Positions 29,670 through 39,033 of a stretch of 59,196 nt of DNA are shown here, in pieces (the stretch's first letter is position 1; every line of letters starts with the position of its first letter). Below the pieces are notes generated by a model. It did not search any database. It saw nothing but the letters and a program-made list of their open reading frames with translations, and was not told the DNA's origin. Position numbers and translations under genes: made by a program. The DNA is from a virus (Duplodnaviria > Caudoviricetes). The stretch is taken from IMG/VR virus record IMGVR_UViG_3300025357_000013, positions 1 to 59,196 of that record; one strand, written 5' to 3'.

Positions 29670-30379
29670 TAGCGCATCGCCAGTCTGGGATTCATCTTCT
29701 CGCCATAGAGCTTCAGGATGCCTCGGGCCTTGGCCTGACGGCTTTCAAGGTGCGAGACGGCTGAGTTCGGACGTTCATAGCTATTCATGAACTTCTCGGT
29801 TGCTGCATCGACATCGTGTGCGTTACGCATCGAGGCGAGATACCGGGGATTCTGCTGCAGCTCCTGGGCGAGGTAGCCGTAGTTGGCTTTATCCGAGGCG
29901 GGCTTCAGCTTGTTGGCTTTGGCGTAGGCGACAAAGTTAGCGCGCCTTGGCTCCCACTCGTTGTCGGTCCATTGCATCCAGCCGTAACCACCTTTTCCTT
30001 TGGTGTATTTGGACTTGTCTTCATCGAGGTTTCTGAACCAGTCCGATTCGTGAGCGCCATTCCCAAGGACGGCGGCTGCTCGATGAGGAGGCATCCCAAA
30101 GTCAGTGATCAGGCGGCGCATACTGTTGAGGACCGTGCCGTGTTTTTCAGTAGGGACGGTCTCCGCAACAATCTCAACCTTCTTGACCGGGGCCGGCTTT
30201 GCCTTCGCTTCGGGTGTGGGTTTGAATCCATCACGCGATTGCGCCGGTTCAACGGGCTGATCTTTGTTGAAGTACGCCTGGATATCGCGACCGACCTGAG
30301 TCAGGCTGGGCTTTTCGGGCTCCGGCAGCATGACGTCATTGGCCTCATCAGGGAGGCGCGCATTCGCAAGGCCTGCCAT
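29669..30379 (-). CDS. Phage tail lysozyme (Phage_lysozyme2-like)
   Basis: AAAVLGN..HES, GYGWMQWT...RR, EL, A...F...YERP motifs. Confidence 0.8.
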   Translation of the reverse strand: MAGLANARLPDEANDVMLPEPEKPSLTQVGRDIQAYFNKDQPVEPAQSRDGFKPTPEAKAKPAPVKKVEIVAETVPTEKHGTVLNSMRRLITDFGMPPHRAAAVLGNGAHESDWFRNLDEDKSKYTKGKGGYGWMQWTDNEWEPRRANFVAYAKANKLKPASDKANYGYLAQELQQNPRYLASMRNAHDVDAATEKFMNSYERPNSAVSHLESRQAKARGILKLYGEKMNPRLAMR

Positions 30380-32448
30380 TACATGGACTCCAATTCGTTT
30401 TCGAGCCGGATCTTCTGCGTTTCGGCTTCGATCTTGGCGATCTGGGCTGCAGTCAGCTGCTGATCCATGGCGATCTCTGCTTTGGCTTTCCTGGCATTGA
30501 TCTGCGCTTCTTGTGCCCTGGCCTGAGCCTGTACCGTTTGAGGCGCGCTCTTCAGCTGCTCGATGGCCTGCTCGGCCTGCTGGAGTTTCTGCTGAAGCGC
30601 TGCAATCTGGGGATCTTGTCCCGGGTCAGTCTGTTGCAGTCCCAAAGATTGCTTGACCTGATCCGCCAGCTGCTGACGCTCCGGAAGGTCTGACATTTCA
30701 ATAAAGGTCGGCGCCAATGTGGCCTGAGCCTGCGGCGGCATGGCTCTCACGATATCCGTGAGCATCTGCAGCTGCTGCATCCGGTATGCCGGTGTGGCTG
30801 GGACGTCTTCCAGTGCCACCTTGACGTTGCTCGATGCGACGTCGTTTTGAATCGTGATCGATCCATCCTGATTCCGGACGGGATTGTTCAGGATGACCGT
30901 GCGCTTGACCGATCCCTCCCCAACCACGATCTGAATGGGTTTGCCCACCAGATCATCGCGGATCATGTCGACCATCATTTCACCGACCATGTGACGGCTG
31001 TAACGATAGTTGTCGTTGATCTCGGCCAGCGTGGTCATGCCCTGCTCGACCAGGCTATTGATAGCCAGACCTGAAGAGGCATTGGATTTATCGCCCAGCA
31101 TCGCCTGATAGACGCCGCCTGCCTTCTGGATCGACTCCTGAGCATCGCGCATCACTTCAAACTGCTGCTGTGCAAGGCCCATGTCGGTTTCAACCCGGAG
31201 CCCATCCCCATTGCGGCGATTCGGATTCAGGACAATCACCGAATCAGGACGCGAAACCTCTTCAAGGACATCCTGAAAATCATTGACGGCCAGATCCAGC
31301 GAATCAGAGTCTGCTATCACCCGCTTGGATGAAAGGATATTCATCAGCTTGCGGCGACGGGCATTCACCTCATCCTGGGGGCTGATCATGGATCGGATCA
31401 GACCATAGGGAACGCCCGTCAGATCTTCCCGGTAGCCCCAGAAAGGCACATACGGGCAGCGTTTCTTGCTGGTCGGGGAATCCTGCAGTCGATGCGGACC
31501 CGCCCAGACGGAAAGGTTCATGCGCGCATAGATCGCGGTCTCTGGCTTCACCAGGCCCTGCTCGATCGCATAGCGATGGAGCTTGTTCCGTGGATCGAAC
31601 TCAACCACACGATCAGGGAGCTTGAGGATCTTCCCTTTCTGGAAGGTGCGATACCAGATCTCAAAGAGCGCAATACGCTGCCGGCGAGGATTGATCCACT
31701 CAAAATCGGAGATTGTGGACCCTCGCTGCTGATCAAACGCATTAGCCAAGTAGGCATTCTCGGTCGCAGCCGTGATCCAGTTGCCACCCCAGCGCCCAAG
31801 GGCCGCTGAAAGGAGGCTGGCTTTCTCTGGCCAATACAGCGCGACGTGATCGATGTCATACCAGCGCTTACGGATAATGTAGCGCGCATCTGAAAGGTCG
31901 GGCTTTCTTGCGGTCCAGTCCCAGAACATTTCCCGGCGATGCACGAAGTCAGCGCGGTACTTGTATTCGAAGGGGTCCGCGTTGCGGCTTACTTCAACCC
32001 ATCCCAAGCCTGCCTTGATCTGGCCTGCATAGGCATCTGAACAGGCGCGATCAACGTGGGTTTCGCGCTGGGCTTCCTTCAGTTTCTGGCTGATTCCCTC
32101 TGCGACGTCCGCGTATTCATCAAAATCCGCGGTGACGCGCCAATCGGAGCGGGTCTTGGCTTCAATCCCTAAAACGACATCGATGGTGGGCTTGATAAAG
32201 TTGGTGAGGAGCGGGGCCATGCCCTTCTCTTCAAGCTCTGCCAACGTCTCGGGATCCAGCTGGTTGCCATCGTAATAGTCGGCAACCTTGTCCGCTTCCT
32301 GACGCCAGTTGGGCTGATAACGCACCTCTTCAATCATGCGCTGGTACTGCATGAAGTCGAGACCGCCCTTCGGAGACGTGATCGGCTGCTGGTTATAGGG
32401 TTCGTGCTCCTGATAGAGCTCGTTGAGCGTGTCGAATTCGGTACTCAC
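30379..32448 (-). CDS. Portal protein (P22/933W-like)
   Basis: 689 aa after terL, with YYDGNQL, N.IKPTID.VLG.E, G.GWVEV, PYVPFWGYRED.TG.PYGLIR and SGLAI motifs. Confidence 0.9.
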   Translation of the reverse strand: MSTEFDTLNELYQEHEPYNQQPITSPKGGLDFMQYQRMIEEVRYQPNWRQEADKVADYYDGNQLDPETLAELEEKGMAPLLTNFIKPTIDVVLGIEAKTRSDWRVTADFDEYADVAEGISQKLKEAQRETHVDRACSDAYAGQIKAGLGWVEVSRNADPFEYKYRADFVHRREMFWDWTARKPDLSDARYIIRKRWYDIDHVALYWPEKASLLSAALGRWGGNWITAATENAYLANAFDQQRGSTISDFEWINPRRQRIALFEIWYRTFQKGKILKLPDRVVEFDPRNKLHRYAIEQGLVKPETAIYARMNLSVWAGPHRLQDSPTSKKRCPYVPFWGYREDLTGVPYGLIRSMISPQDEVNARRRKLMNILSSKRVIADSDSLDLAVNDFQDVLEEVSRPDSVIVLNPNRRNGDGLRVETDMGLAQQQFEVMRDAQESIQKAGGVYQAMLGDKSNASSGLAINSLVEQGMTTLAEINDNYRYSRHMVGEMMVDMIRDDLVGKPIQIVVGEGSVKRTVILNNPVRNQDGSITIQNDVASSNVKVALEDVPATPAYRMQQLQMLTDIVRAMPPQAQATLAPTFIEMSDLPERQQLADQVKQSLGLQQTDPGQDPQIAALQQKLQQAEQAIEQLKSAPQTVQAQARAQEAQINARKAKAEIAMDQQLTAAQIAKIEAETQKIRLENELESM

Positions 32449-33989
32449 TACGCTCTCCAGTTCCGCTTACGGCCATGATCAATCCGAGCCTTACGCGAAG
32501 CCATCATGCTGGACGCAGGAATAGCGAACGTCAGCGCCAGGGCATCGGCCCGGTCGGGTGATTTCAGTCCGCGTTTCTTCATCTGCTCTTTGGATTCCAG
32601 CTTTAGCCGTCGGCTTGAGTCGTAAGAATGTTGAGGGCCCGTCAGGTCGGCCATGAGTCGTGTGTCTTCTGGGATGGCTGCTGGTTTATCCATTAGCCAA
32701 TCGCGCATTTCGCCCCACATTTCGTCGCGGCGAATGCCATAAATCTCGTCTTGAATGGCGCGTTCGCCAAAATGAATTCGGTTGACCGGGTATCCAAGCT
32801 CAATCAATCGGTCCGCAACCCCAGATCCAACGCCAGTGCAATCGACGTTGATGATGTCTGGCAGGGTGCGATCGGCTTCTCTTGAAACCAGACCCACTAC
32901 TTCCATCGGTCCTCGGCCATGCCATGAGCGCATTTCGGTAACCGCTCGGCCTTGTCGGATACAGAGCGCCGTGTCATCAGCGCCGTATTCCGCAGGATCG
33001 ACGCCCATGATGATTGCGCCGGCAGGTTCGACATTGCCGGACTTCTCAGCTGCGACTGCAGCAAGGACCAGATCCATCGGGATCAGTGGATCGCCATCGA
33101 CCCGCTTGAATGCAAGCGCTGGAGATCCTGGGTATTCCTGATCGAAGAGGGAACGATCCGCCCTGAAGTCGGTGAGGATCTTCTGGTACATCCAGTAGGT
33201 CTGCTCGATCGAGAGGCCAAATGCTCTCTGATATTCGGCGTCATCCCCCGTTGGCTCCCATCCGACCGGAGGTTGTTTGGTGTATTCCTCTTGCCAGAAC
33301 CACGGCACGAAAACCGGAAGGTATTCTGAAAGGCCCGCTTCGGCATCCTGCCACATCCCATGAAAGAGATTGCCGACACCGTTAGCGGTGGATTCGAGAA
33401 TGATCTCGGTGCCTGGCGCATCAGGGACAATCTGCCCGATCCCGGCCATGTGATCCGCGGCATTCGGCCAGAAAGACACCTCAGATCCATGGAAATACTG
33501 CGCGGTTGCGGATCGGCCCGTTCCCGAGCTCCCAGCGGTGGCGACACTGAACTCGGACTGAAGGTCATCGAACATCAACCGGGTGCCGGAATTGGCTGCG
33601 GTACTGGGCTTCACGACTTCGGGGCAAAGATCGTGATACCGGCGAGTCATGCCGAAAAGGTTTGATGTCGCTTCAGCCAGGTGCGTCAGGATATATGCGC
33701 GTTTACCGGCTGTTGTGGACGTCTTCCAGTAGAAACGACCCTCAGTGTAGGTCGAGAATCCCTGCTGGCGTCCTTTGAGCCCAATGACGCGGACCTTTCC
33801 GGTTTCCCGAAGCTGATCCTCGATCCGTTGATTCAGGTATTCCTGCGCCCGGTTCATCCGAAACGGAATGATCGTTCCGTCCTTACCTCGGATCTTCAAG
33901 CATCGTGGCGCATATTCAGAAAAATCTTGCGTCAGAATCCGAAGGATCCCTTGCGCTTCATCATCCAGCTTGACTGCTGCCATCACCAT
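32448..33989 (-). CDS. terL: Terminase large subunit
   Basis: Walker A KGRQQGFST, FHGSEVSFW, ESTANG, nuclease motifs GVDPA..G.D and SPDRADALALTF. Confidence 0.93.
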   Translation of the reverse strand: MVMAAVKLDDEAQGILRILTQDFSEYAPRCLKIRGKDGTIIPFRMNRAQEYLNQRIEDQLRETGKVRVIGLKGRQQGFSTYTEGRFYWKTSTTAGKRAYILTHLAEATSNLFGMTRRYHDLCPEVVKPSTAANSGTRLMFDDLQSEFSVATAGSSGTGRSATAQYFHGSEVSFWPNAADHMAGIGQIVPDAPGTEIILESTANGVGNLFHGMWQDAEAGLSEYLPVFVPWFWQEEYTKQPPVGWEPTGDDAEYQRAFGLSIEQTYWMYQKILTDFRADRSLFDQEYPGSPALAFKRVDGDPLIPMDLVLAAVAAEKSGNVEPAGAIIMGVDPAEYGADDTALCIRQGRAVTEMRSWHGRGPMEVVGLVSREADRTLPDIINVDCTGVGSGVADRLIELGYPVNRIHFGERAIQDEIYGIRRDEMWGEMRDWLMDKPAAIPEDTRLMADLTGPQHSYDSSRRLKLESKEQMKKRGLKSPDRADALALTFAIPASSMMASRKARIDHGRKRNWRA

Positions 33990-34536
33990 TCCACAGGTCT
34001 TTTAGTGCCTGGGCAAAATCGATTTTGTGATTGTGGTTGACCTCATCCTTGAACATGCCAAGGTGTTTGCCGATATCAACCAGTGCGGCCCTTTTGTCGG
34101 CCAGCTTGAATTTGACTCTTCTCACGTCGCGGATGTCTTCACCACGCCCATCGCGGAAATCTTCTATCGTGACCTCAGTGAGCGCTGCAGCCTGATCGCG
34201 GGTCAGACTGGAGAAATCGAGGTAAGGATCACCGTCCTTTGTCGATTTCATGTAGTCCTGCATGTTGGAAAAGCCGATCTTTGCCAGCTCTCGAAGGACC
34301 ATGTCCTGAGTGATTTCAGTGCGCTCTGATCGTTTAGCCATTGCTTCTTCAATCGCGGCGCTAATGTCAGGTTTTGCCAGGTTCTCTGTTGCAATCTGTC
34401 GGGCTGTCTTTTCGCTATACCCGGCGCGAATCGCGGCCTGGGTGGCGTTAAGATCGATCAGGTATTCTTTAACAAATTGCTTTTGTTTAGCGTTGAGCTT
34501 TGTATTGGCATCCTTGCCTTTGGCTTTTGTGGCCAT
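33961..34536 (-). CDS. terS: Terminase small subunit
   Basis: KQKQFVKEYLIDLNATQAAIRAGYSEKTA (Terminase_2). Confidence 0.95.
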   Translation of the reverse strand: MATKAKGKDANTKLNAKQKQFVKEYLIDLNATQAAIRAGYSEKTARQIATENLAKPDISAAIEEAMAKRSERTEITQDMVLRELAKIGFSNMQDYMKSTKDGDPYLDFSSLTRDQAAALTEVTIEDFRDGRGEDIRDVRRVKFKLADKRAALVDIGKHLGMFKDEVNHNHKIDFAQALKDLWNGDGSSQAG

Positions 34537-34551
34537 ACACTTGTGTTGGGG

Positions 34552-34752
34552 TTATCTCGGGAGCCTCGCGACTTCGAGCTTCAGATCCATCAGGGTTTTC
34601 TGAATGGTTTCGTATTGCTCTTCGTGCTTGGTGAGGTGGGTTTCAAGGGTGCTTTCAATCTTGTCGAGCCGGTATTCGTGCTGCTGAACCATCGACCATG
34701 TGAGGATTCCGTACCCGATCAGGGCAACGCCCAGCTTTAACCAGTCACTCAT
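34552..34752 (-). CDS. Small membrane-anchored coiled-coil protein (holin/antiholin or i-spanin-like)
   Basis: GGAG SD, MSDWLKLGVALIGYGILTWSMV (one TM segment) followed by a coiled coil. Confidence 0.55.
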   Translation of the reverse strand: MSDWLKLGVALIGYGILTWSMVQQHEYRLDKIESTLETHLTKHEEQYETIQKTLMDLKLEVARLPR

Positions 34753-34899
34753 GAGGAGTCTCCGTAACCTCTCGACAATCAAATCCAAAAGTGAATCCAC
34801 AGGGTGGCGTGTTGGGAGAAAGGCCATGCGACAAGTCCTTAAAGAGCAAAGTACCCGAGGGCTTGCAGGAATATCCCGCAACCTTCACCTGACATCCCA

Positions 34900-35121
34900 T
34901 CAGCGCAGTAGAGAGCGCGCACGAACATATCCCCTGAGCAATAAATCTCCCCCATCGTCGTACATCAGCTTGTCGCCATCGATCTGAAGGTAAACCTTCT
35001 GGGGGACAGGAGGCAGGGAGAGGCGCGGACACTCCTTCACAGGCTCCGGGAGCTTTAGGTTCGGCGCGACAGGCGCGTTTACGCAGCCTGTCAGCAGCAG
35101 GAAAGGCATCATGCGGATCAC
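34900..35121 (-). CDS. Lipoprotein, o-spanin (Rz1-like)
   Basis: GTGA overlap with the endolysin stop, lipobox LLTGC, Pro-rich mature region. Confidence 0.6.
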   Translation of the reverse strand: MIRMMPFLLLTGCVNAPVAPNLKLPEPVKECPRLSLPPVPQKVYLQIDGDKLMYDDGGDLLLRGYVRARSLLR

Positions 35122-35597
35122 GCGGTATCCCTTTGTGCGTTCTTGAATGCAACCAGGAGTCGGTCTAAACGGTTTTCGTGTTGGCCGTACCCTGCGCCGG
35201 GGAATGACGCCCAGATATTCGCGCACTTTGCTATCGCCGCACGGATTCTCCCAGCCTCAACGTCTTCAAGCCCCCGTTGTTCGCGAATCATCTGGATTGC
35301 AATGCGGTCTTGAGATTCCGGCGAAAAGTCTTTCAGCCCGAGCATCTTTTGGTATGCAATCGCGTACTTGTAGAGGACTTGATAGCGCCCAGCCGCCGTG
35401 GATTTCAGTCCGGGTTTGAGCCTAACCAGAATCTTGGGGTGCTTTGAGTAGTCGTGGAATGTCGTAAAACCGACGATCACGTTGTAACCGTCATCGCCTT
35501 TTCCTGCTGTCCCTTCAGAGACAGCGATCATGTCCAAAAACGCGCTCAGGTTTCGGCTGATACCGGAAAGCCTAGCCACGTTCTCGCCCATCCCCAA
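35118..35597 (-). CDS. Endolysin, lambda R-type lytic transglycosylase (GH104)
   Basis: AFLDMIAVSEGT, DYSKHP, STAAGRYQ, DFSPESQD..A, WAS.PGAGYGQ. Confidence 0.93.
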   Translation of the reverse strand: MGMGENVARLSGISRNLSAFLDMIAVSEGTAGKGDDGYNVIVGFTTFHDYSKHPKILVRLKPGLKSTAAGRYQVLYKYAIAYQKMLGLKDFSPESQDRIAIQMIREQRGLEDVEAGRIRAAIAKCANIWASFPGAGYGQHENRLDRLLVAFKNAQRDTA

Positions 35598-35814
35598 GAA
35601 CGTCTTTCAGTTCCTTGGCGGTATCGAGAAGCTCTTGCCCCTTTTCTGGGCTGATTCCGGATCCCTTGGTGGCAAAAGACACGGCCGCCATGCAGAGGAG
35701 GCAAATGATTAAGAGGGTTGTCTTCGATCCGCCTTCGGGCATCGCAATGATTGCGCCCATGGCTAACTGGAAAACGCCCTGCCAATCGGTTCCGGCTGCG
35801 GTTGAGAGCTTCAT
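35572..35814 (-). CDS. Putative holin
   Basis: 80 aa with two hydrophobic segments and a charged tail, directly upstream of the endolysin. Confidence 0.55.
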   Translation of the reverse strand: MKLSTAAGTDWQGVFQLAMGAIIAMPEGGSKTTLLIICLLCMAAVSFATKGSGISPEKGQELLDTAKELKDVLGDGRERG

Positions 35815-36056
35815 GCGCTGGCCTTGTTCACCATGCGGAGGGTCAGGATCAACCAGTCAATGACCTGATCCGACACATTCCCCGCCAGTTCCTTAATTAA
35901 CTTAGCCGCTTCTTCACGCTTGATGGTTTTGTCGATCGCTTTACCTTCGAGCTCCTGCACTAACCCTTTGATGCGAGAAATCTCTGTGGGAGTAATCTCA
36001 ACGCTGGTAATCCAGTGGACGATGAAGGCCAGGGCGCTTGAAAGAAGGAAGTGCAT
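35811..36056 (-). CDS. Lysis-module hypothetical protein
   Basis: N-terminal hydrophobic segment, ATGA coupling to the next gene. Confidence 0.55.
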   Translation of the reverse strand: MHFLLSSALAFIVHWITSVEITPTEISRIKGLVQELEGKAIDKTIKREEAAKLIKELAGNVSDQVIDWLILTLRMVNKASA

Positions 36057-36070
36057 AAGTCACCAGAAAT

Positions 36071-36099
36071 AAAAAAGGCCGCTCTGAGGGGGTGCGGCC
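36071..36099 (-). terminator. Late-leader terminator (tR'-like)
   Basis: GGCCGC...GCGGCC followed by T6, just upstream of the lysis genes. Confidence 0.6.
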
Positions 36100-36190
36100 A
36101 GGTGGTGTTTCAGCGAGAAACACTCAATAAGAGAGGTAGCTCAGAGCGTATTCGCTCCAGCTTGGGGAAATCCTGCACTATGAAAGACAC

Positions 36191-36568
36191 TTAGTCCTCA
36201 TTATCGATTTTCCGAAGGCGGGATTTCATCCATAGAAGGGTCACTGCATGCTCTGCCCGGTTGATCTGGCGACCGGACACATCCTCCTGGGCAACGTATC
36301 GCTTTCGGAGGAGCCGGTAGTAAACCTCCCCTGCCCTCGATGTTTCACGCATTAGCGCCACAAGGCGGCACATCAGCTGCACATCCCCGGGGATCCATAC
36401 CGGAGGCAGTGGGCGTCCATCCCCAGTGGGGCGTGAATCACCCATGCGTCCCAGCATGGAGCGCTGCGCCCGGGCTGAATAGAGCCCAAGCGCCTCGTAT
36501 TCGCCCCAGCTCGTCAGCATCGAGCGGACGATGTCGCGGGGTGTCTTCCTACGACGGGAGTCGGCCAT
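36191..36568 (-). CDS. Putative late antiterminator (Q-like position)
   Basis: L..WG.Y N-terminus; last gene before the late leader and lysis genes. Confidence 0.4.
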   Translation of the reverse strand: MADSRRRKTPRDIVRSMLTSWGEYEALGLYSARAQRSMLGRMGDSRPTGDGRPLPPVWIPGDVQLMCRLVALMRETSRAGEVYYRLLRKRYVAQEDVSGRQINRAEHAVTLLWMKSRLRKIDNED

Positions 36569-36836
36569 ACTTTTTCCTGATCGCGATCATCAGATCGATT
36601 TCATGTTTGGCTTTTTCCAGATCCTTGAGCCCATCCTTGGATTCCCAGCGACATAAACGCTTGATGACACACCCAGGAAGAAAGCCAATCCCATTGGCCT
36701 CACAGAATTCTGCCGGCTGGATCACGAATCCTTTGTAGTGACCCCCGCCAACCTGTACGTCCAGAGCCGATGACATTGCCTTGAACGCCTCTTCTTCCTC
36801 TTCGGTCGGATCAATGTAGGCGCGATCAAACGTCAT
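36549..36836 (-). CDS. DUF3310 family protein (T7 gp1.7-like)
   Basis: QVGGGHYK...IQP.EF......F..G.VIK...R...KDG..DLEKA.H. Confidence 0.85.
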   Translation of the reverse strand: MTFDRAYIDPTEEEEEAFKAMSSALDVQVGGGHYKGFVIQPAEFCEANGIGFLPGCVIKRLCRWESKDGLKDLEKAKHEIDLMIAIRKKYGRLPS

Positions 36837-37270
36837 TCTTCGATCCCCCAGCTTTCTTTGACGACCTTCAGCAAGTTGGGTCGCCTGAACATAAATGGTT
36901 TCAAAATTTTGCCGTCCTCACGGCGTTTCACCTCGCCGGTATCCGGGTCGATCTTGGTCATGTTGGATTCATGGACTTCGGACCAGGCCAGATCGCCCTT
37001 GATCCCCAGCGAGTGAAGCATCCCGCAGCAGACGTAGATCGTGTCGATCAGCCCGTCTACAACCTCCGTGATGGATTTCGCGGGGTCATAGCCCTCTTTC
37101 TCCATCGCTTCAACGGCTGCGTTCCACGCCTCAAAGGTTTCTTGCGTCTCTTCCGCAATCAGGTTCAAGTAAAGCGCAGCCTGATCCCCGTTCGGATAAT
37201 CAACCGACTGCCCACACGCCACCATAAAGGCGGCCTGCTGCTCAAAAATCGAATACTTCTCTTCCGCCAT
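36833..37270 (-). CDS. MazG-like NTP pyrophosphohydrolase
   Basis: LI.EE..E, E.VD.L.D..YV..G, EVH.SNM.K, RREDGKILKP. Confidence 0.88.
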   Translation of the reverse strand: MAEEKYSIFEQQAAFMVACGQSVDYPNGDQAALYLNLIAEETQETFEAWNAAVEAMEKEGYDPAKSITEVVDGLIDTIYVCCGMLHSLGIKGDLAWSEVHESNMTKIDPDTGEVKRREDGKILKPFMFRRPNLLKVVKESWGIEE

Positions 37271-37492
37271 TTAAGCCCCCCGGCCTTTTTTCAAAATGAA
37301 TTCCTTGTCTTCGGGTGAATGTTTCGGTAGCCCCGCGCACCAATCCCATTCACACCCTTCATACCAAACCCCAATCACGGCAGCGCCATGGTCGGACTTG
37401 AAAAGCATCTTTGCGCCCTTGGGCGGCCTCGACTTGTCGATCCTCTTCCAGGTTGGCGCAAACTCCGTTTTAGGTGCGTATCTATCTTCCAC
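37271..37492 (-). CDS. Hypothetical protein
   Basis: Probable GTG start; W..I....PP.G......G.W motif typical of nin-region ORFs. Confidence 0.55.
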   Translation of the reverse strand: MEDRYAPKTEFAPTWKRIDKSRPPKGAKMLFKSDHGAAVIGVWYEGCEWDWCAGLPKHSPEDKEFILKKGRGA

Positions 37493-37754
37493 TCGGCACC
37501 GTCCTTTTGGCCCATGACCTGGCTGCCAGCGTCGACATTTGTTCTTTCTGATAGCAGCCACATGAAACGCTTGTGCCGCCCTTGAGGTGCTGAACCAAAA
37601 CGGAACGCACGGTCCCGCATTCGCACTTTGCAACCACCACGCGATATCGGTAGGTCTTTCCTTTCCGAACGGCGACCTTGTCTTCGGAGTCGCTCAGGAC
37701 CGTCCAGCGCCCAAAAATCAACCCATCAAGACTTTCCCTGACGGAATACCTCAT
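37482..37754 (-). CDS. Zn-binding domain of the HNH/AP2-associated type
   Basis: FGRWTVL...CECG......L..G...SCGC, with no nuclease domain following. Confidence 0.65.
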   Translation of the reverse strand: MRYSVRESLDGLIFGRWTVLSDSEDKVAVRKGKTYRYRVVVAKCECGTVRSVLVQHLKGGTSVSCGCYQKEQMSTLAARSWAKRTVPSGR

Positions 37755-37846
37755 TTAATCGCCCCCACCACAAGCACCAGAATCGGGACCACAAGGAACA
37801 TGCCGAGCCAAAACGCTGCAAACAGGAGCGCTAGTAGTGTTCGCAT
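37751..37846 (-). CDS. 31-aa membrane peptide
   Basis: MRTLLALLFAAFWLGMFLVVPILVLVVGAIK, ATGA-coupled to the next gene. Confidence 0.45.
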   Translation of the reverse strand: MRTLLALLFAAFWLGMFLVVPILVLVVGAIK

Positions 37847-37962
37847 GTCCAATCCAGCCACGTCACCTGAATCCACCCAAGAACGGTCACCCCCGCGTAG
37901 GTCATCACCGCTGACTCAGGCCCCACAATCCACCAGACCGCCATCACCAGGGCAAACTTCAT
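37831..37962 (-). CDS. 43-aa membrane peptide
   Basis: TGATG overlap with the ssb stop, MKFALVMAVWWIVG... Confidence 0.45.
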   Translation of the reverse strand: MKFALVMAVWWIVGPESAVMTYAGVTVLGWIQVTWLDWTCEHY

Positions 37963-38423
37963 CAGTACGGCCCTCTCACGCGATCGAAAGGAATGTCATC
38001 GTCAAAGTCGCCGCCCGAAGATTGCTCTGGTTGCTGCGCCTGCTGATAGGTTTGCTGTGTTGGCTTTTCTTGCGACTGGTTCGGATCTCTGCGCTCCAGG
38101 ATCTGAGCTTCATCCGCCACGATCTCGGTCGTGTATTGATCCTTGCCGTCCTTGTCCTGCCATTTGCGGGTGCGAAGGCGACCCGTCACCAAGACCCGAT
38201 TCCCTTTGCGCGCATAGTTTCCAAAGAATTCTGCGGTCTTCCCGAAGATGGTGACCCGATGCCATTCGGTCTCGTCTTCCCAGTTTCCGCTCTGCCCTTT
38301 TCGCGAATGAACCGTGGCGATGCGGAGGGATCCGATCTGCATCCCGGTTTGCGTTGCCCGAATCTCAGGCTCTGCGCCGAGATTCCCAACCAGAGTGACC
38401 TGGTTCAAAGTGCCTTTTGCCAT
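37962..38423 (-). CDS. ssb: Single-stranded DNA-binding protein
   Basis: N.V.LVGNLG.EPE.R, TEWHRV..FG, GRLRTRKW.D.DG...YTTEI, DFDDDIPF. Confidence 0.95.
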   Translation of the reverse strand: MAKGTLNQVTLVGNLGAEPEIRATQTGMQIGSLRIATVHSRKGQSGNWEDETEWHRVTIFGKTAEFFGNYARKGNRVLVTGRLRTRKWQDKDGKDQYTTEIVADEAQILERRDPNQSQEKPTQQTYQQAQQPEQSSGGDFDDDIPFDRVRGPY

Positions 38424-38432
38424 TTCTTGTCC

Positions 38433-38780
38433 TCAGAATTCTTCAACATCCCAGCCGCCACCGTCTTTTTTCTTCCTTGGCATGAACGCCAAGAATCGAA
38501 ACGGGTAAAGATCAGCGGCGATCTTGATCTTTGCCCTCGCATCGTCCCTCCAAAACCCTTTTACTTCGTGCATTTCCATTTGCCCACAGGGAAGCATCAC
38601 GGCAAAGTCGGGGGTGTAGAACGTGTTATCAGCCAATCTCAGCTTGACGCCCTCAAACTTGTACCAAGCGACCGTTCCAAGGTGTTTCCGGTTCGCCAGC
38701 TGGGCCTCGTAAAGCGCTTCGGTTTTATTCATTTGGCCGGTCTTTAGGCGACCCAAAGCCAACAGCCCTTTATTTGCCAT
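38433..38780 (-). CDS. PD-(D/E)XK endonuclease (DUF1064-like)
   Basis: MNKTE..Y, YTPDF, HEVKG.W.DD...K.K. Confidence 0.8.
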   Translation of the reverse strand: MANKGLLALGRLKTGQMNKTEALYEAQLANRKHLGTVAWYKFEGVKLRLADNTFYTPDFAVMLPCGQMEMHEVKGFWRDDARAKIKIAADLYPFRFLAFMPRKKKDGGGWDVEEF

Positions 38781-39033
38781 ACAGCGCCTCCAGCGTCCGA
38801 GCCAAAAGATCCATCTCGCTAACCTTCTGGATCCTAAGCAACGATTTATCCCCATGGATACCTAATGGCCCACGGTGACAGTCGGCACAGGCCGCAATGG
38901 TCAGCCAGTCATTTGCTCGTTGACTCATTCCAAGACCTTCGCGCGCATGGTGTGCCTCAACTGGGGTTGCGCCACAGAGAACGCAAGGAACCTCATGCAC
39001 CCGGGCAAGATGACGTTTGGCGGCGGCGCTCAT
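38770..39033 (-). CDS. Zn-finger/HNH-like protein (DUF968/Ref-like)
   Basis: PCVLCG...EAHH.....G...R..D...I..C..CH.G..GIH. Confidence 0.7.
   Translation of the reverse strand: MSAAAKRHLARVHEVPCVLCGATPVEAHHAREGLGMSQRANDWLTIAACADCHRGPLGIHGDKSLLRIQKVSEMDLLARTLEALYGK

Noticed and set aside
34745-35152. Second overlapping lipoprotein (ALMGC) in the lysis region
   Set aside because: No suitable start codon and SD at signal-peptide distance from the lipobox.
37587-38747. 386-aa plus-strand ORF
   Set aside because: Antisense to ssb and the nuclease gene, with no recognisable motifs.
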